A stretch of DNA of 64,000 nucleotides, taken from Lepidodermella squamata (taxonomy: Eukaryota; Animalia; Gastrotricha). The notes beneath the pieces are model-generated. The model did not search any database, had not been told where the DNA came from, and saw nothing but the letters and a program-made list of their open reading frames with translations. The stretch covers positions 2,294,001-2,358,000 of the forward strand of contig JBLDXI010000003.1 in the NCBI GenBank assembly GCA_047495785.1. Reading direction: 5' to 3'. Below are positions 63,285-64,000 of the stretch, in pieces. How positions within the stretch are numbered: position 1 is the first letter of the stretch; every line of letters begins with the position of its first letter. The translations under genes were made by a program, and so were the position numbers.

Positions 63285-63417
63285 GAATTTTCCGCTATTT
63301 CAAGCAACTGCAGAGCTGTAGAACGAGCAGTTGCTTCAAAAGTCGAGTTATGAACGATGCAAAGCGGACCGCAAAGCCGTTCACAAAACATTTCCCAAAA
63401 TAATGAAAATATTTCCT
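63285..63417 (-). pseudogene. Paralogous exon of the SOCS-box gene
   Basis: EIFSLFWEMFCERLCGPLCIVHNSTFEATARSTALQLLE is nearly identical to the start of 60318-59113 and is preceded by a ttttcAG acceptor. Similarity then breaks off. Confidence 0.6.
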
Positions 63418-63513
63418 CTGAAAAAAAGAAAAAACCAATTCAATTCCAAAGTTCCTCGAATTCAACTAAATTTACTTAATTTTCAAAATCCATTCTTTAT
63501 TTTACTTCGCTAT

Positions 63514-63677
63514 CGTTCGTGGCGCGGAAGAACCCGCACTTCGATGATTTTTTGCCCTGACTGTACCCCGCGAGTACAGCCTTGGATACTATATGCAATA
63601 CTGCGCGTTATGCTGTACTCGCGGGTACAGTCAGGGCAAAAAATCATCGAAGTGCGGGTTCTTCCGCGCCACGAACG
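63514..63677. mobile_element. 164-bp palindromic MITE
   Basis: ~66-bp TIRs CGTTCGTGGCGCGGAAGAACCCGCAC...GTGCGGGTTCTTCCGCGCCACGAACG, flanked by CTAT on both sides. Confidence 0.8.
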
Positions 63678-64000
63678 CTATAACATATCGCTAAAACAAT
63701 AAAAAAAGATACCGTCAACGGGAGAGACTTCAAGCAGTAAGGGGACATTTACACGCCAAAATGTGGTGACTTTGGCTTATCAAAAATCGAAGATGATGAG
63801 GTAAAGAACCTGTGAGTGCGGTGTACCGTTGGATAGCCTGAGGGAAGGGAAATCTGAAAATGGCTCGTTATTTCCATTTTTATTAGAAATTTTCCCTAAA
63901 CTCTAGCTTCTATTTCAAGACCCTGAATGGTTTTCTGGCCTTCTATCCAACGGTACCCCATTCATATGGTCTTTCTCTTCGATTATTGATATGTCTAAGT

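Noticed and set aside
253-63702. Most short ORFs in the six-frame track
   Set aside because: They are antisense or alternate-frame shadows of real exons, or span introns and MITEs, with no recognisable motifs.

Overview
Invertebrate animal genomic DNA: GT-AG introns, many only 50-80 bp, AT-rich introns, no obvious CpG depletion. The domain mix is compatible with a spiralian, but the taxon cannot be fixed from the sequence. 0-8 kb holds two head-to-head genes for secreted mosaic proteins: DOMON-PAN-PAN-vWA on the minus strand (cut by the window edge) and PAN-IgGFc-binding-SUEL lectin-F5/8-CCP-CCP on the plus strand. 9.5-57.5 kb holds a minus-strand tandem array of TRIM-like genes that, after manual splicing, read RING / B-box-like / coiled-coil / ankyrin repeats. 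One copy looks intact, three carry lesions and one is a fragment. The array is followed on the same strand by a SOCS-box gene and a gene with about 7 divergent homeodomain-like repeats. Interspersed are a galaxin-like Cys-rich gene, a 2xCCP membrane-protein gene broken by a Mutator-type MITE, a dead Ty1/copia element with four nested DNA-transposon insertions, and many transposon remnants (P, Crypton, MULE, pogo, gypsy, LINE/RTE) that are almost all antisense to the host genes. There are also MITEs carrying paired outward-facing tRNA-like modules and several perfect inverted duplications. All exon models and domain calls were made by eye and need RNA-seq/HMM confirmation.
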